A DNA stretch of 64,000 nucleotides from an uncultured Gammaproteobacteria bacterium (GCA_964531275.1 CAZHDZ010000002.1:122180-186179), one strand, 5' to 3'; counted from the stretch's first letter, positions 8,252-17,072 are shown. Notes: generated by a model from the letters alone, not told the origin. Numbers and translations: made by a program.

Positions 8252-9186
8252 GAATTTTGCTTACTGGAATTTCAGGTAATTTAGGTTATGAAGTAGCTAG
8301 TGAATGTATTAAGAAAAATATTGAGATAATTCCTCTTGTGAGAAATAAGATATCAGTAGAGGAGTTATTTGACGTGAGTATATTCCCCGAAATCATAGAA
8401 ACAGATCTCTTAAGTGACCAAAAAATAAATCTTAGCTCATCAGTTGACGCAATTGTTCATTGCGCGGGAATTGTGCATTTTAAGAAAGCAGAGAATAATA
8501 ATGAGAAAATGCTCACAAAAATGATTGAGCTTGCTAAATGTATTGATGCCCCACTTTACTTTGTGAGCACAGCTTTTACCTTTAGGCCTCACAATGAGAA
8601 CTTTGTCCCGAATAACTCATACGAGCAAGACAAGTATAACTGCGAGAAATTGCTTAAAAATTCAGACATTCAACATTCCATAATAAAACCTTCTGTTCTT
8701 ACTGGCAGCAGTACAGACGGCTCTATAAGAAATTTTACAGGCTACTACTCTCTTCTTAAGGGTCTTTTGCAATACGCTGATATCTCTAGTAATAATGGAA
8801 TCAAATTAAGAGTTCCAAGATTCACGGGTTACTCAGACATTGTTCCTATTGATTTAGTTGCGCAAGAGATTGTTGGAATGGTGAAGTCACATACGCTTAA
8901 CGAATTGTATCTAACAAACATGAATCCACCTAAAGCGATGTGGCTATTTTCTGAGACGTTAGATTACTTTAACCTTTCTGAAGTCGTATCGATGGTAGAC
9001 ATGTCATTTGATCAATTTGGTAAGTTAAAATTGACTAAGGAAGAAAAGGAATTTCGTGAATTTAGCCAACACTTTTTGCCATACTGGGAACTTGGTTATA
9101 ATTTCCCTAATTCTGCGTTAAAGAATGCGTCTGTAGATAGAACTTATTTAAAGAAAATATTAGACTATTTTATATTACATAATTGA
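8248..9186 (+). CDS. NAD(P)-dependent epimerase/dehydratase or thioester-reductase-like extended SDR
   Basis: N-terminal LLTGISGNLG Rossmann motif and a YEQDK YxxxK motif. Confidence 0.6.
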   Translation: MRILLTGISGNLGYEVASECIKKNIEIIPLVRNKISVEELFDVSIFPEIIETDLLSDQKINLSSSVDAIVHCAGIVHFKKAENNNEKMLTKMIELAKCIDAPLYFVSTAFTFRPHNENFVPNNSYEQDKYNCEKLLKNSDIQHSIIKPSVLTGSSTDGSIRNFTGYYSLLKGLLQYADISSNNGIKLRVPRFTGYSDIVPIDLVAQEIVGMVKSHTLNELYLTNMNPPKAMWLFSETLDYFNLSEVVSMVDMSFDQFGKLKLTKEEKEFREFSQHFLPYWELGYNFPNSALKNASVDRTYLKKILDYFILHN

Positions 9187-9189
9187 TTA

Positions 9190-10272
9190 ATGAGTAAAGA
9201 AATTATTAACTATAGTCAATGTTGGGAAGATCCCACCATTCTTCTTAGGGCACTAAAGATATCAAAAAATGACATTGTTCTTTCGATAACTTCAGGAGGA
9301 GATAATACTTTGTCGATCGTGTCAAAGGATCCTAAGAAAATCGAAACAATTGATACCAATAGTGCTCAAAATTATCTTTTTGACCTAAAACTTTCCGCAA
9401 TACACTCCTTAAGTTATGATGAAGTACTTGAGTTTTTGGGGTTATCAGATTCTACTGATCGTATAGGGCTTTTTAAAAAACTTAAAGGAAATTTAAATTC
9501 AAAATCATTCAGTTGGTGGTTAAGTAAACCAACTCTTATTGAAAAAGGAGTAATTCATGTAGGAAAGCTTGAGCGCTTTCTCAATGGATTTCGAAGATTT
9601 GTGCTTCCTTTAATTCATGCCCAGAGTACCATAGAAGAATTTTGCTCGCAGGTAACACTTAGGAGGCAGCAAGTTTTTTACGCAAAATTTTGGAATACGT
9701 GGAAATGGAGAGCGTACTTCAAGATTTCGTCTCACCCTTTTGTTCTTAATCGCTTTGCAAGACAAAAAGAAATGACTTCCAACGTATCAACAGGAATAGT
9801 TACAACTAAATACTTTGATCGGCTTGAAAAAAGTCTTAATCAACAGCTCCTCTCAAATAACTATTTCATGACGTATTGCCTGAAAGGAAGCTTTTCAGAC
9901 ACTAAGCCGCACTATTTGAATGCAGACTCTTACAACAATATTAGAGCTTCCAAAACAGCAATAAATGTTACAACCATAGACGCTCTATCCTTTCTTAAAT
10001 CCGCAAAGACTAATACTTTTTCGAAATATAATCTATCCGACATCTTTGAGGCATTACCCCCAAAAGAATATGAAATGCTTTGGGAAGAAATAGTTAGAAC
10101 TGCTAAGAATAACGCTACTGTTGCCTACTGGAACAATCTTATAAAGAGACCTCTACCTTACCATTTGAAGCAAGTTGTTAGGGAAGACATGCGTCTGTCA
10201 AAAGTGTTAAGTAATCAGGATAGAGTCTTTTTTTATGACGGCTTTCACGTATGCACGATAATCAAGAAATGA
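9190..10272 (+). CDS. DUF3419 / BtaA-like protein (SAM:diacylglycerol 3-amino-3-carboxypropyl transferase family)
   Basis: N-terminus INYSQCWEDPTILLRALKISKNDIVLSITSGGDNTLS...IDTNSAQNYLFDLKL matches the BtaA/DUF3419 signature (YxQxWEDP ... SGGxN ... D-N-AQ ... LKL) as I recall it. Confidence 0.55.
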   Translation: MSKEIINYSQCWEDPTILLRALKISKNDIVLSITSGGDNTLSIVSKDPKKIETIDTNSAQNYLFDLKLSAIHSLSYDEVLEFLGLSDSTDRIGLFKKLKGNLNSKSFSWWLSKPTLIEKGVIHVGKLERFLNGFRRFVLPLIHAQSTIEEFCSQVTLRRQQVFYAKFWNTWKWRAYFKISSHPFVLNRFARQKEMTSNVSTGIVTTKYFDRLEKSLNQQLLSNNYFMTYCLKGSFSDTKPHYLNADSYNNIRASKTAINVTTIDALSFLKSAKTNTFSKYNLSDIFEALPPKEYEMLWEEIVRTAKNNATVAYWNNLIKRPLPYHLKQVVREDMRLSKVLSNQDRVFFYDGFHVCTIIKK

Positions 10273-11147
10273 AAAACAACCTATTTTATAAATTTTATGT
10301 GTATCAAAATGAGCGATTTCCTCTGATTGTGCTTGCAATAAGTTTGCTTCCTGCAGTTCTTAGCTCTAGTGTAATTGTAGAAAGTGCAGCTTCCGTGCCC
10401 AAGATAGGACTGACAGTTTTAATCGCAATACTTTATCTGCTTCACGTACGTTTGTTAGATGATAGACGGGATTTTTTGCATGACAATAAATTTCACAAAG
10501 ACCGTCCTGTTCAGATGGGAATTATTTCTAAGAAAGAGCTTATCTCTATAGATATACTTATAGTCCCACTATTAGTTCTTCTTGCACTTCTTAGCGGACC
10601 ATTGGCATTGCTCCTCATGCTACTTCTCATATCCTTTTCTTACTTTGCAGAGCAAAATTTTCATATTGGATCATTTCTGAGCCGACACTTCTTCCTCTAC
10701 AACTTGTTGAATACGTGTCAGACGATTGGTTTGCAAATATTTATATACTTTTTCCTCAATAGTAAATTAGAAATTAACAATCTTTTGTTTTTACATTTTC
10801 TTTTTACTTGTCTCGGTACCCTAGTATTCGAATTTGCACGGAAAGTAAAACGGCCTGGTAAAGATGGTTCTGGAAAAGACACCTATACTCACTTCCTGGG
10901 TTTTAGAAAGTCTATTTTTGCTTACTTGTTCTTATGCTGTATCAATTTGAGCATTTTTCTAGCCATTGCAACAATCATTGCTAAAGATAGTTCAGGCATA
11001 GTTGTGGGCACTATTTTGGCTGCTATCTTAATTTTAGGCACATCCATATTCCACCTTAAGAAGAAGGAAGCGTATTCTGAAAAAATAATGCAGCTATCCT
11101 TCATTTTGTCTTATGCAGTATGTAATTTAGTAATTTTTCTCTTATGA
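10269..11147 (+). CDS. UbiA-family prenyltransferase-like membrane protein
   Basis: LDDRRDFLHDNKFHKDRPVQMGIISKKE parallels the UbiA motif NDxxDxxxD...RP...G, and the protein has 7-8 TM helices. The ATG at 10269 overlaps the upstream stop (ATGA). Possibly a DGGGP-synthase-like enzyme. Confidence 0.5.
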   Translation: MKNNLFYKFYVYQNERFPLIVLAISLLPAVLSSSVIVESAASVPKIGLTVLIAILYLLHVRLLDDRRDFLHDNKFHKDRPVQMGIISKKELISIDILIVPLLVLLALLSGPLALLLMLLLISFSYFAEQNFHIGSFLSRHFFLYNLLNTCQTIGLQIFIYFFLNSKLEINNLLFLHFLFTCLGTLVFEFARKVKRPGKDGSGKDTYTHFLGFRKSIFAYLFLCCINLSIFLAIATIIAKDSSGIVVGTILAAILILGTSIFHLKKKEAYSEKIMQLSFILSYAVCNLVIFLL

Positions 11148-12733
11148 AACAATATTTTGACAGCGCAAATATTGCGGAGAGTTATTCTGGGATTGTTCTT
11201 CCCCTAACATCCTCCTTTGCCAAAATGGTTTACTCTCGTGTATACAGAGATTTGCTTAAAAAATCTGGAATTTCTGACAAGAAAGTCGAGTCATATAGAC
11301 ACATATTTGATGGGCTACTCGCATTTTTTTATGGGCGGATGTATTACAACATGAATAACTGGTATTTAATGGCGGCTTTTGCACCGGGATATAAAGCGAA
11401 TAAGAAAAATTTTGAAAGAATGATTACGAGTAATATAAAAGAGGAAATTGTTACCTCTATTAAGCCCTCTCTTCTATATAGACTCATATATCCTGAAATC
11501 CTAACATATAAAATTATTACGTATGGTTACAACGCTAAAAGATTCAAACTAACAGTCAGAAAAAAAATGAAAGCACTAAATGAATTGGATTTCGCAACAC
11601 TTTCCTACAAAGAATGCATTCAGCTTTTTGATCGAATCAATAAAGACTTTCTTAACAAATGGTACGTAGCTGTTGAAAACGATTTTTTTGTTATGACTTA
11701 TCTAGGAATTCTCAGTAAATTACTCACTGAGCAAGAATTTCAAAAAGTACTTACCTTCAAAAGTAAAGCCACAGAACAGGTTCAAGAAATAATTCAGTTA
11801 AGTAGTGAAATGGGAAAAGTAAAACTCTTGTGGAATGCAATTTTGAAGAATAATGAAAAAGAATTCTGGAAGCAGCTGTCTCTTAATCCTAAGATTAAAA
11901 GAATGTACAAGAACTATTCAGTAACTTTTGGAGGTAGATTCGCAAATGAACTAAAACTGGAATCTATTGGTGCAGACGAAGATATTACAAAACTTTTTGA
12001 CACTCTCAAAATGTATAGAAATTTTAAAATAGAACATTCTGTCCAAAGAGAAATTGGCATAACATCTAGAAAAAAAATGCTCGTTCAATTAATTCTAGGG
12101 CAATTTAAAAAATATGCTTCTCAGCGTGAAGAATTTAGGTTGCTACGGTCAAACACATATGGTTTGACCAGAAAGCTCTTTCGCAGAATGGGACAAATTT
12201 TAGTTGAGAAGAATCTTATTTCTTCAATTGATGACGTATTTTATTTAGAGCTCAATGAGCTATTGTCTGATTCAATATTACAAAATAAAAAGCTTAAAGA
12301 TATTATCTTAAAGAGAAAAAAAATATATGAAGAATATAAAAAAATTACTCCTCCAAGTCATTTTGAGACTGAAAACAACAAACTTCCAAAGCTTACAGAA
12401 AGAAAAACTATAAAAACCAAGATCATTCAAGCAAGGCCAGCATCTCCTGGAATTATTAGGGGGAAAGTAAGGGTTTTTAAAGATTTCTATATGCCAGATA
12501 AAATCGATTTTGATATTCTTGTTACCTCCCATACCGATCCTGGTTGGACTTCTCTAATGGGGCTTTCAAAAGGGATGATAATTGAGCATGGAGGGATACT
12601 TTCTCATGCATCAATTGTTGCAAGAGAGCTAAAAATTCCGGCTGTGATAGGCGCCATCGATGCTGTAAGCTTCCTACAGAACGGACAAATAGTCGAAATT
12701 GACGGCTCAACGGGAGTAATTAAAATACTTTAG
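11144..12733 (+). CDS. protein with a C-terminal PEP-utilizing-enzyme mobile (phosphohistidine) domain and a novel N-terminal region
   Basis: The C-terminus ARPASPGIIRGKVRVF...LVTSHTDPGWTSLMGLSKGMIIEHGGILSHASIVARELKIPAVIGA is the conserved His-swivel domain of PEP synthase / PPDK / rifampicin phosphotransferase. The N-terminal roughly 430 aa were not recognised. Confidence 0.6.
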   Translation: MKQYFDSANIAESYSGIVLPLTSSFAKMVYSRVYRDLLKKSGISDKKVESYRHIFDGLLAFFYGRMYYNMNNWYLMAAFAPGYKANKKNFERMITSNIKEEIVTSIKPSLLYRLIYPEILTYKIITYGYNAKRFKLTVRKKMKALNELDFATLSYKECIQLFDRINKDFLNKWYVAVENDFFVMTYLGILSKLLTEQEFQKVLTFKSKATEQVQEIIQLSSEMGKVKLLWNAILKNNEKEFWKQLSLNPKIKRMYKNYSVTFGGRFANELKLESIGADEDITKLFDTLKMYRNFKIEHSVQREIGITSRKKMLVQLILGQFKKYASQREEFRLLRSNTYGLTRKLFRRMGQILVEKNLISSIDDVFYLELNELLSDSILQNKKLKDIILKRKKIYEEYKKITPPSHFETENNKLPKLTERKTIKTKIIQARPASPGIIRGKVRVFKDFYMPDKIDFDILVTSHTDPGWTSLMGLSKGMIIEHGGILSHASIVARELKIPAVIGAIDAVSFLQNGQIVEIDGSTGVIKIL

Positions 12734-12734
12734 T

Positions 12735-13739
12735 ATGAAGATAAAAATCTACAAAGCAGAAGTGAATTTGCCAGCTGCTCTACTCGGTTTTTTAGATAGG
12801 ACTTATGGCACTCATAAGAATTACGACCTTTTTTTGAACGATTTTAAAAAAGCTTTTGCTTACTGCGTTGAGAGTAGCAATATAAAGTTTATTCCATTTA
12901 TTATTGAGAAAGACAAGGAAATGTTGGGTCACATTTCTTTAATCCTCGATCAACGATTGGGTCCAGCTACAGCTTTTTTCGGATTTTTTGAACTGGTGAA
13001 TGATAAAGCAGTATTTGATCTATTGTGGACAGAGCTTTGTAGTGAGGCGAAAAAGAAGGGTATTAAAATGCTTTTGGGGCCTGTTAATGGAAGTATTTGG
13101 CATCAGTATAGGAACATTAGTAAAAGTGATACCTCTGAGTATTTTAATTCTGAACCGATGAGTCAAAAGCATTACTTCGCTTTTCTTAAAGGCAGCAATG
13201 CAATAAAAGAAATAGAATATCATTCTGCATATCGAGAGAATTTTGCTGCCGTAATGTCTAAAATTAAGACCTCGGAAAGTATTCTTAAAGACTCTGGTTT
13301 TACTATAGAGCAGGAGGAAAAAATGGACCTAGGAAAGCTTATTAAGATTGCACATCTCTCAAAAACAGTTTTTTCTAAAAGTTGGGGATTTACAGAATTA
13401 ACAAAAGAAGAATTTTTAAAGCTCTATCCATCAGACAAAATTGAAGAAAATCTTAACAAGCTCTATATTCTTTACAAAAGAGAAGAAATTATTGGTTACT
13501 GTAGCACTATTATTGAAGATAAAGATACATTAATCTGTAAGACTATATGCATACTACCTGAGTATCAGGGGCTGGGATTGGGAAATGCCCTTGCCTTTAG
13601 AGTACATAAAGATGCAATTTCTGATGGATATTCTAAGATAATATACGCTTTGGTAAGAACAGATAATAAAATTAAGAATTTTCCTCAAAATGATGTTGTT
13701 ATTTTTAGAAACTACTCCACTTTTGAATTTAAAATATGA
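12735..13739 (+). CDS. GNAT-fold acyl-CoA N-acyltransferase-like protein (tandem GNAT halves)
   Basis: The C-terminal CILPEYQGLGLGNALAF block is a GNAT motif A-like Q/RxxGxG/A. A 334-aa length suggests a FemAB/MprF-C-like double GNAT. Confidence 0.4.
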   Translation: MKIKIYKAEVNLPAALLGFLDRTYGTHKNYDLFLNDFKKAFAYCVESSNIKFIPFIIEKDKEMLGHISLILDQRLGPATAFFGFFELVNDKAVFDLLWTELCSEAKKKGIKMLLGPVNGSIWHQYRNISKSDTSEYFNSEPMSQKHYFAFLKGSNAIKEIEYHSAYRENFAAVMSKIKTSESILKDSGFTIEQEEKMDLGKLIKIAHLSKTVFSKSWGFTELTKEEFLKLYPSDKIEENLNKLYILYKREEIIGYCSTIIEDKDTLICKTICILPEYQGLGLGNALAFRVHKDAISDGYSKIIYALVRTDNKIKNFPQNDVVIFRNYSTFEFKI

Positions 13740-14359
13740 ATCTAGCATTCTTCGGTTTTCTTGTCATGTCAATTGCTATTTTATTTATTTCTGAAATTGC
13801 CAGAAGAAAGCTAAATTTGCCTACGGAAATAACAAGAAGAGCTACACATGTAGTTGCTGCATTTATTGCTGCGATTTCCTCTCTATTCTTAGATAAATGG
13901 TTAATTGTAGTAGGATGTCTACTGTTTGCTGGAATAATGTTCTTATCTCGAAGAACAAGCCTTTTTAACTCTATACAAAAAGTAAAAAGAAAATCTTTGG
14001 GTGAAGTGTTCTTACCATTAAGCGAGGCAATAACAGCTTTAATTTTCCTGCCCATAGGACGGATCGAATTTCAGTATGGAGTGCTTGTCATGGGTCTTTC
14101 CGATCCTCTTGCTGGATTTATAGGAACGCGTTTTGGAAAACACGAAATTAAAATATTAGGAAACACAAAAAGCCTCGAGGGGTCACTTTCTTTCTTTCTA
14201 TGTACATTGATGTTGACACTTGTCTTTGCTCCCACGATAGGAATTAACTTACTAATCCTGCCCTTGTTATTAACGCTTATAGAGATTTGCCTAGGCTATG
14301 GTACAGACAACCTTGTGCTCCCTATCGCAGGAGCTACTCTGCTAAGTTTTTGTATATAA
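13736..14359 (+). CDS. CTP-transferase-1 superfamily membrane protein (polyprenol/phytol-kinase- or CdsA/CarS-like)
   Basis: GLSDPLAGFIGTRFGKHEIKILGNTKSLEGSLSFF resembles the VTE5/Sec59 GDxxAxxxGxxxGxxK...KSxEGS motif. 207 aa, multi-TM. The ATG overlaps the upstream stop. Confidence 0.45.
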   Translation: MNLAFFGFLVMSIAILFISEIARRKLNLPTEITRRATHVVAAFIAAISSLFLDKWLIVVGCLLFAGIMFLSRRTSLFNSIQKVKRKSLGEVFLPLSEAITALIFLPIGRIEFQYGVLVMGLSDPLAGFIGTRFGKHEIKILGNTKSLEGSLSFFLCTLMLTLVFAPTIGINLLILPLLLTLIEICLGYGTDNLVLPIAGATLLSFCI

Positions 14360-14569
14360 AATTCTCAAAAGAAAATTTTCTTTGCATTTCCTTACTATAA
14401 TCTTGTCGTGTTGGATGTCAGAAATCTGCATACTTTAATGAGTATGTTAAATATGATTTCAAATACTCTCTCTGTGTTATCTAGGAGGTTTTACGCTCTT
14501 TGCGGAATTAAAGGCCATGAAGTGTACTCACTTTTTGTCCAAGTTACTATGCATTGAGAATGTAAATAC

Positions 14570-14812
14570 TTGTGCTATAGTGAATTTATGAAGAAGAAAT
14601 GGGGAATTTTTGATCAAATTTTGTGGCTCTACTCCCTTCTTGCTACTATTTTTTATATTCTAGTATTTCTTTCTGTCGTTTTAAATCCTTCACCTGGTGC
14701 TTCTACAAATTCCGAGATTTCAATGGGTGGTATAATTTTTGTTGTGAGCCTTATACCGGTATTATTATTTCTTATTCGTGAGGGATATTTCCACTTCAAA
14801 TATTCCAAATAA
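14570..14812 (+). CDS. small hypothetical membrane protein
   Basis: 80 aa with two hydrophobic helices. Confidence 0.35.
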   Translation: MCYSEFMKKKWGIFDQILWLYSLLATIFYILVFLSVVLNPSPGASTNSEISMGGIIFVVSLIPVLLFLIREGYFHFKYSK

Positions 14813-15072
14813 TTTAATAGCTGTTTCTAGGAACTACCCCTTTTTGCTTTTGGGACGAAATACAGAACCTGTGATAACTGCTACAAAAAGTGCACGTAGT
14901 CCTTTGCCAATACCGGTAATAATCGAAGCTATAATTGCACTTATCTGCTTGGCAAATTGTGTTAATAAATTCTCAGTAACAGGATCCAGTTTTGGTTTGT
15001 CATTCTCGGCCATAAAATTAGTATAGCAATTAATTTACAAAAATCTCCTTAGTGTGTTAGAGTATTTTTATA

Positions 15073-15474
15073 GTGAGCTCTCCGATGAAAGAAAAATCCG
15101 CATCAGACCAAATTGATGCAATTGTTAAGAAGTTTGATGGTTGGCGTAGTGAGAAACTTGTCCTTATTCGTAAATTAATAAAGCAGGCAGACCCTGATGT
15201 CATAGAAGAAGTTAAATGGAAGTCTCCTTCAAATCCGGATGGTGTTCCTACGTGGTCTCATGATGGAATAATTTGCACAGGGGAAACGTATAAGAGCCAT
15301 CTTCGAATTGCATTTGCAAAAGGCCCATCCCTTAAAAATTCGGAAGGTGTAATGAATTCTTATAGGGCAGTAATTATTCGCGAGGAAGATGCTGTTAATG
15401 AAAAAGCCTTTAGTGAGCTTGTAGCTGAGGCGGTAAAACTCAATCAGGAGAAGAAAAAAAATAATGGAAAATGA
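15073..15474 (+). CDS. DUF1801 (YdhG/YdeI-like) domain protein
   Basis: The pattern ...[19 protein letters not shown]...[10 protein letters not shown]...LRIAFAKG is typical of DUF1801. Confidence 0.55.
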   Translation: MSSPMKEKSASDQIDAIVKKFDGWRSEKLVLIRKLIKQADPDVIEEVKWKSPSNPDGVPTWSHDGIICTGETYKSHLRIAFAKGPSLKNSEGVMNSYRAVIIREEDAVNEKAFSELVAEAVKLNQEKKKNNGK

Positions 15475-15841
15475 GAAAACAATACAACGAGTTCGTGCAA
15501 TGAAGGTTGCTGGAGTATATCCATTTTATGTTGCAAAGGCAGAGAAAAAAAATCGTTCAAAAGATGAAGTAGATGAAATTCTTTGCTGGCTAACGGGATA
15601 CAGTAAAAAAGAATTAGGTGAACAATTAGATAGTGATACAAATTTTGAAATGTTTTTTACGAAAGCTCCTCGCATGAATCCTTCGCGAGCATTAATTAAG
15701 GGCATGGTTTGCGGAGTTCGTGTTGAAGATGTGAAAGATCCTATCCTACGTGAAGTTAGGTATTTAGATAAATTAGTTGACGAACTGGCTCATGGAAAAG
15801 CTATGGAAAAAATCTTACGTCAACCTCAAGCGGCTATTTGA
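15464..15841 (+). CDS. DUF2200 domain protein
   Basis: [17 protein letters not shown]...[11 protein letters not shown] matches the DUF2200 family consensus. Overlaps the upstream gene by 11 nt. Confidence 0.55.
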   Translation: MENEKTIQRVRAMKVAGVYPFYVAKAEKKNRSKDEVDEILCWLTGYSKKELGEQLDSDTNFEMFFTKAPRMNPSRALIKGMVCGVRVEDVKDPILREVRYLDKLVDELAHGKAMEKILRQPQAAI

Positions 15842-16434
15842 ACAGTAAATTCTGTAGGCGCTACGTCATTCTTTCCTTCATGAGGCTCAAGCATTGCGTG
15901 AATGCTATTAAACCAATTTGTCCATAATGTTTTTGTTGGATCTGTGACTCTTTGCGGTTCTTCAGCAACAGAAAATCCTTGGCCCAAACACAAAGCCAGT
16001 ATTTCCGCAATATTCTCGTAAGGTTCTGTAATTACCAATTTACCATCTCTTCTTAATACCCTTTTGCTGGAATTTAGTATTTTTGCGTACAGGTCTTTTT
16101 GCCGACCATGGTTTTGAATCTCCTGTGAATCATGATAGCCGTTATCAAATATTTGCTCTGTGTCAGACCAATCTAGTAGATGTCCGTCTGTTCTAAGCTC
16201 ATCGAATACGTTATTTAAATACAAACCACTAATTGATTGCTCTTGGAAAGGAAGACTACAGTGATCATCGATTTGCCATTTAATCAAATGAAGATTGTCC
16301 GGCTTATCCAGCACGGGTCTTACAGTTGGATCAAGGGCAATGTACTGAGCATTGCTATTTTGTACCGATTGTCTCAGAAAAAAATCTGCTTTTGTACCGC
16401 CTCCAATATCAACGTAAATTGACTGCTCTTTCAT
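15826..16434 (-). CDS. class I SAM-dependent methyltransferase
   Basis: Motif [12 protein letters not shown] and post-motif LRRDGKLVI. Confidence 0.5.
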   Translation of the reverse strand: MKEQSIYVDIGGGTKADFFLRQSVQNSNAQYIALDPTVRPVLDKPDNLHLIKWQIDDHCSLPFQEQSISGLYLNNVFDELRTDGHLLDWSDTEQIFDNGYHDSQEIQNHGRQKDLYAKILNSSKRVLRRDGKLVITEPYENIAEILALCLGQGFSVAEEPQRVTDPTKTLWTNWFNSIHAMLEPHEGKNDVAPTEFTVQIAA

Positions 16435-16475
16435 GGCTGGGAGTATATCTTATTATAGGATTAAATTCAATGAAG

Positions 16476-17072
16476 TTAGTTAATCTGTGCAGTTTTGACT
16501 TCGCCTGCTCGCTTATATTTAGCAAAAATTACCCCACTCGGTGTAACTGTTGATTCATAGAGGTGAAAAGCAAAAGGTCTTGTCCCTTTCTCAAATAACC
16601 GTTTTCCGTCCCCTATGGTGACAGGAAAAGTCTTAAGCCAAAATTCATCTACCAAGTCGTGTTCCATTAAGGTCTGAACAAGATTTGCGCTTCCGTATAC
16701 CTGCAAGTCTGGGCCCTCGGAGTTCTTCAATTCTTTTAATTCTTCAACACTTTTTATAACTTTAGTATTTTCCCAGCTAGGATTTTCTAGAGTACTAGAT
16801 ACAACATATTTAGTGATATCGTTAACTTGAGGCCACATGTCTGTGTGAGTCGGCCAAAAATTTACCCAAATGTCATAAGTTTTTCGTCCCAGGAGGAGGG
16901 CCTTCGTCTCTTCCATTTGCTTATTCATTTCCTGACCACCAACTTCATCTTCAAAATGTGGACCCATCCACCCGCCATATTGGAAATTGTTAGAAGTATC
17001 TTCCCCAGGACCACCTGGTGCCTGGATAACTCCATCAAGGGTAAGAAATTCGAGTACATAGATTTTTCTCAT
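16476..17072 (-). CDS. dihydrofolate reductase family protein (RibD C-terminal domain-like)
   Basis: MRKIYVLEFLTLDGVIQAPGGPGED...LLLGRKTYD is the typical YwjB/RibD_C DHFR-like N-terminus. The ORF track starts 10 codons earlier (17102). Confidence 0.6.
   Translation of the reverse strand: MRKIYVLEFLTLDGVIQAPGGPGEDTSNNFQYGGWMGPHFEDEVGGQEMNKQMEETKALLLGRKTYDIWVNFWPTHTDMWPQVNDITKYVVSSTLENPSWENTKVIKSVEELKELKNSEGPDLQVYGSANLVQTLMEHDLVDEFWLKTFPVTIGDGKRLFEKGTRPFAFHLYESTVTPSGVIFAKYKRAGEVKTAQIN

Noticed and set aside
13729-14055. Minus-strand 108-aa ORF.
   Set aside because: It overlaps the translationally coupled CTP-transferase-family gene (13736..14359, +), which has a conserved C-terminal motif; the minus ORF is antisense noise.
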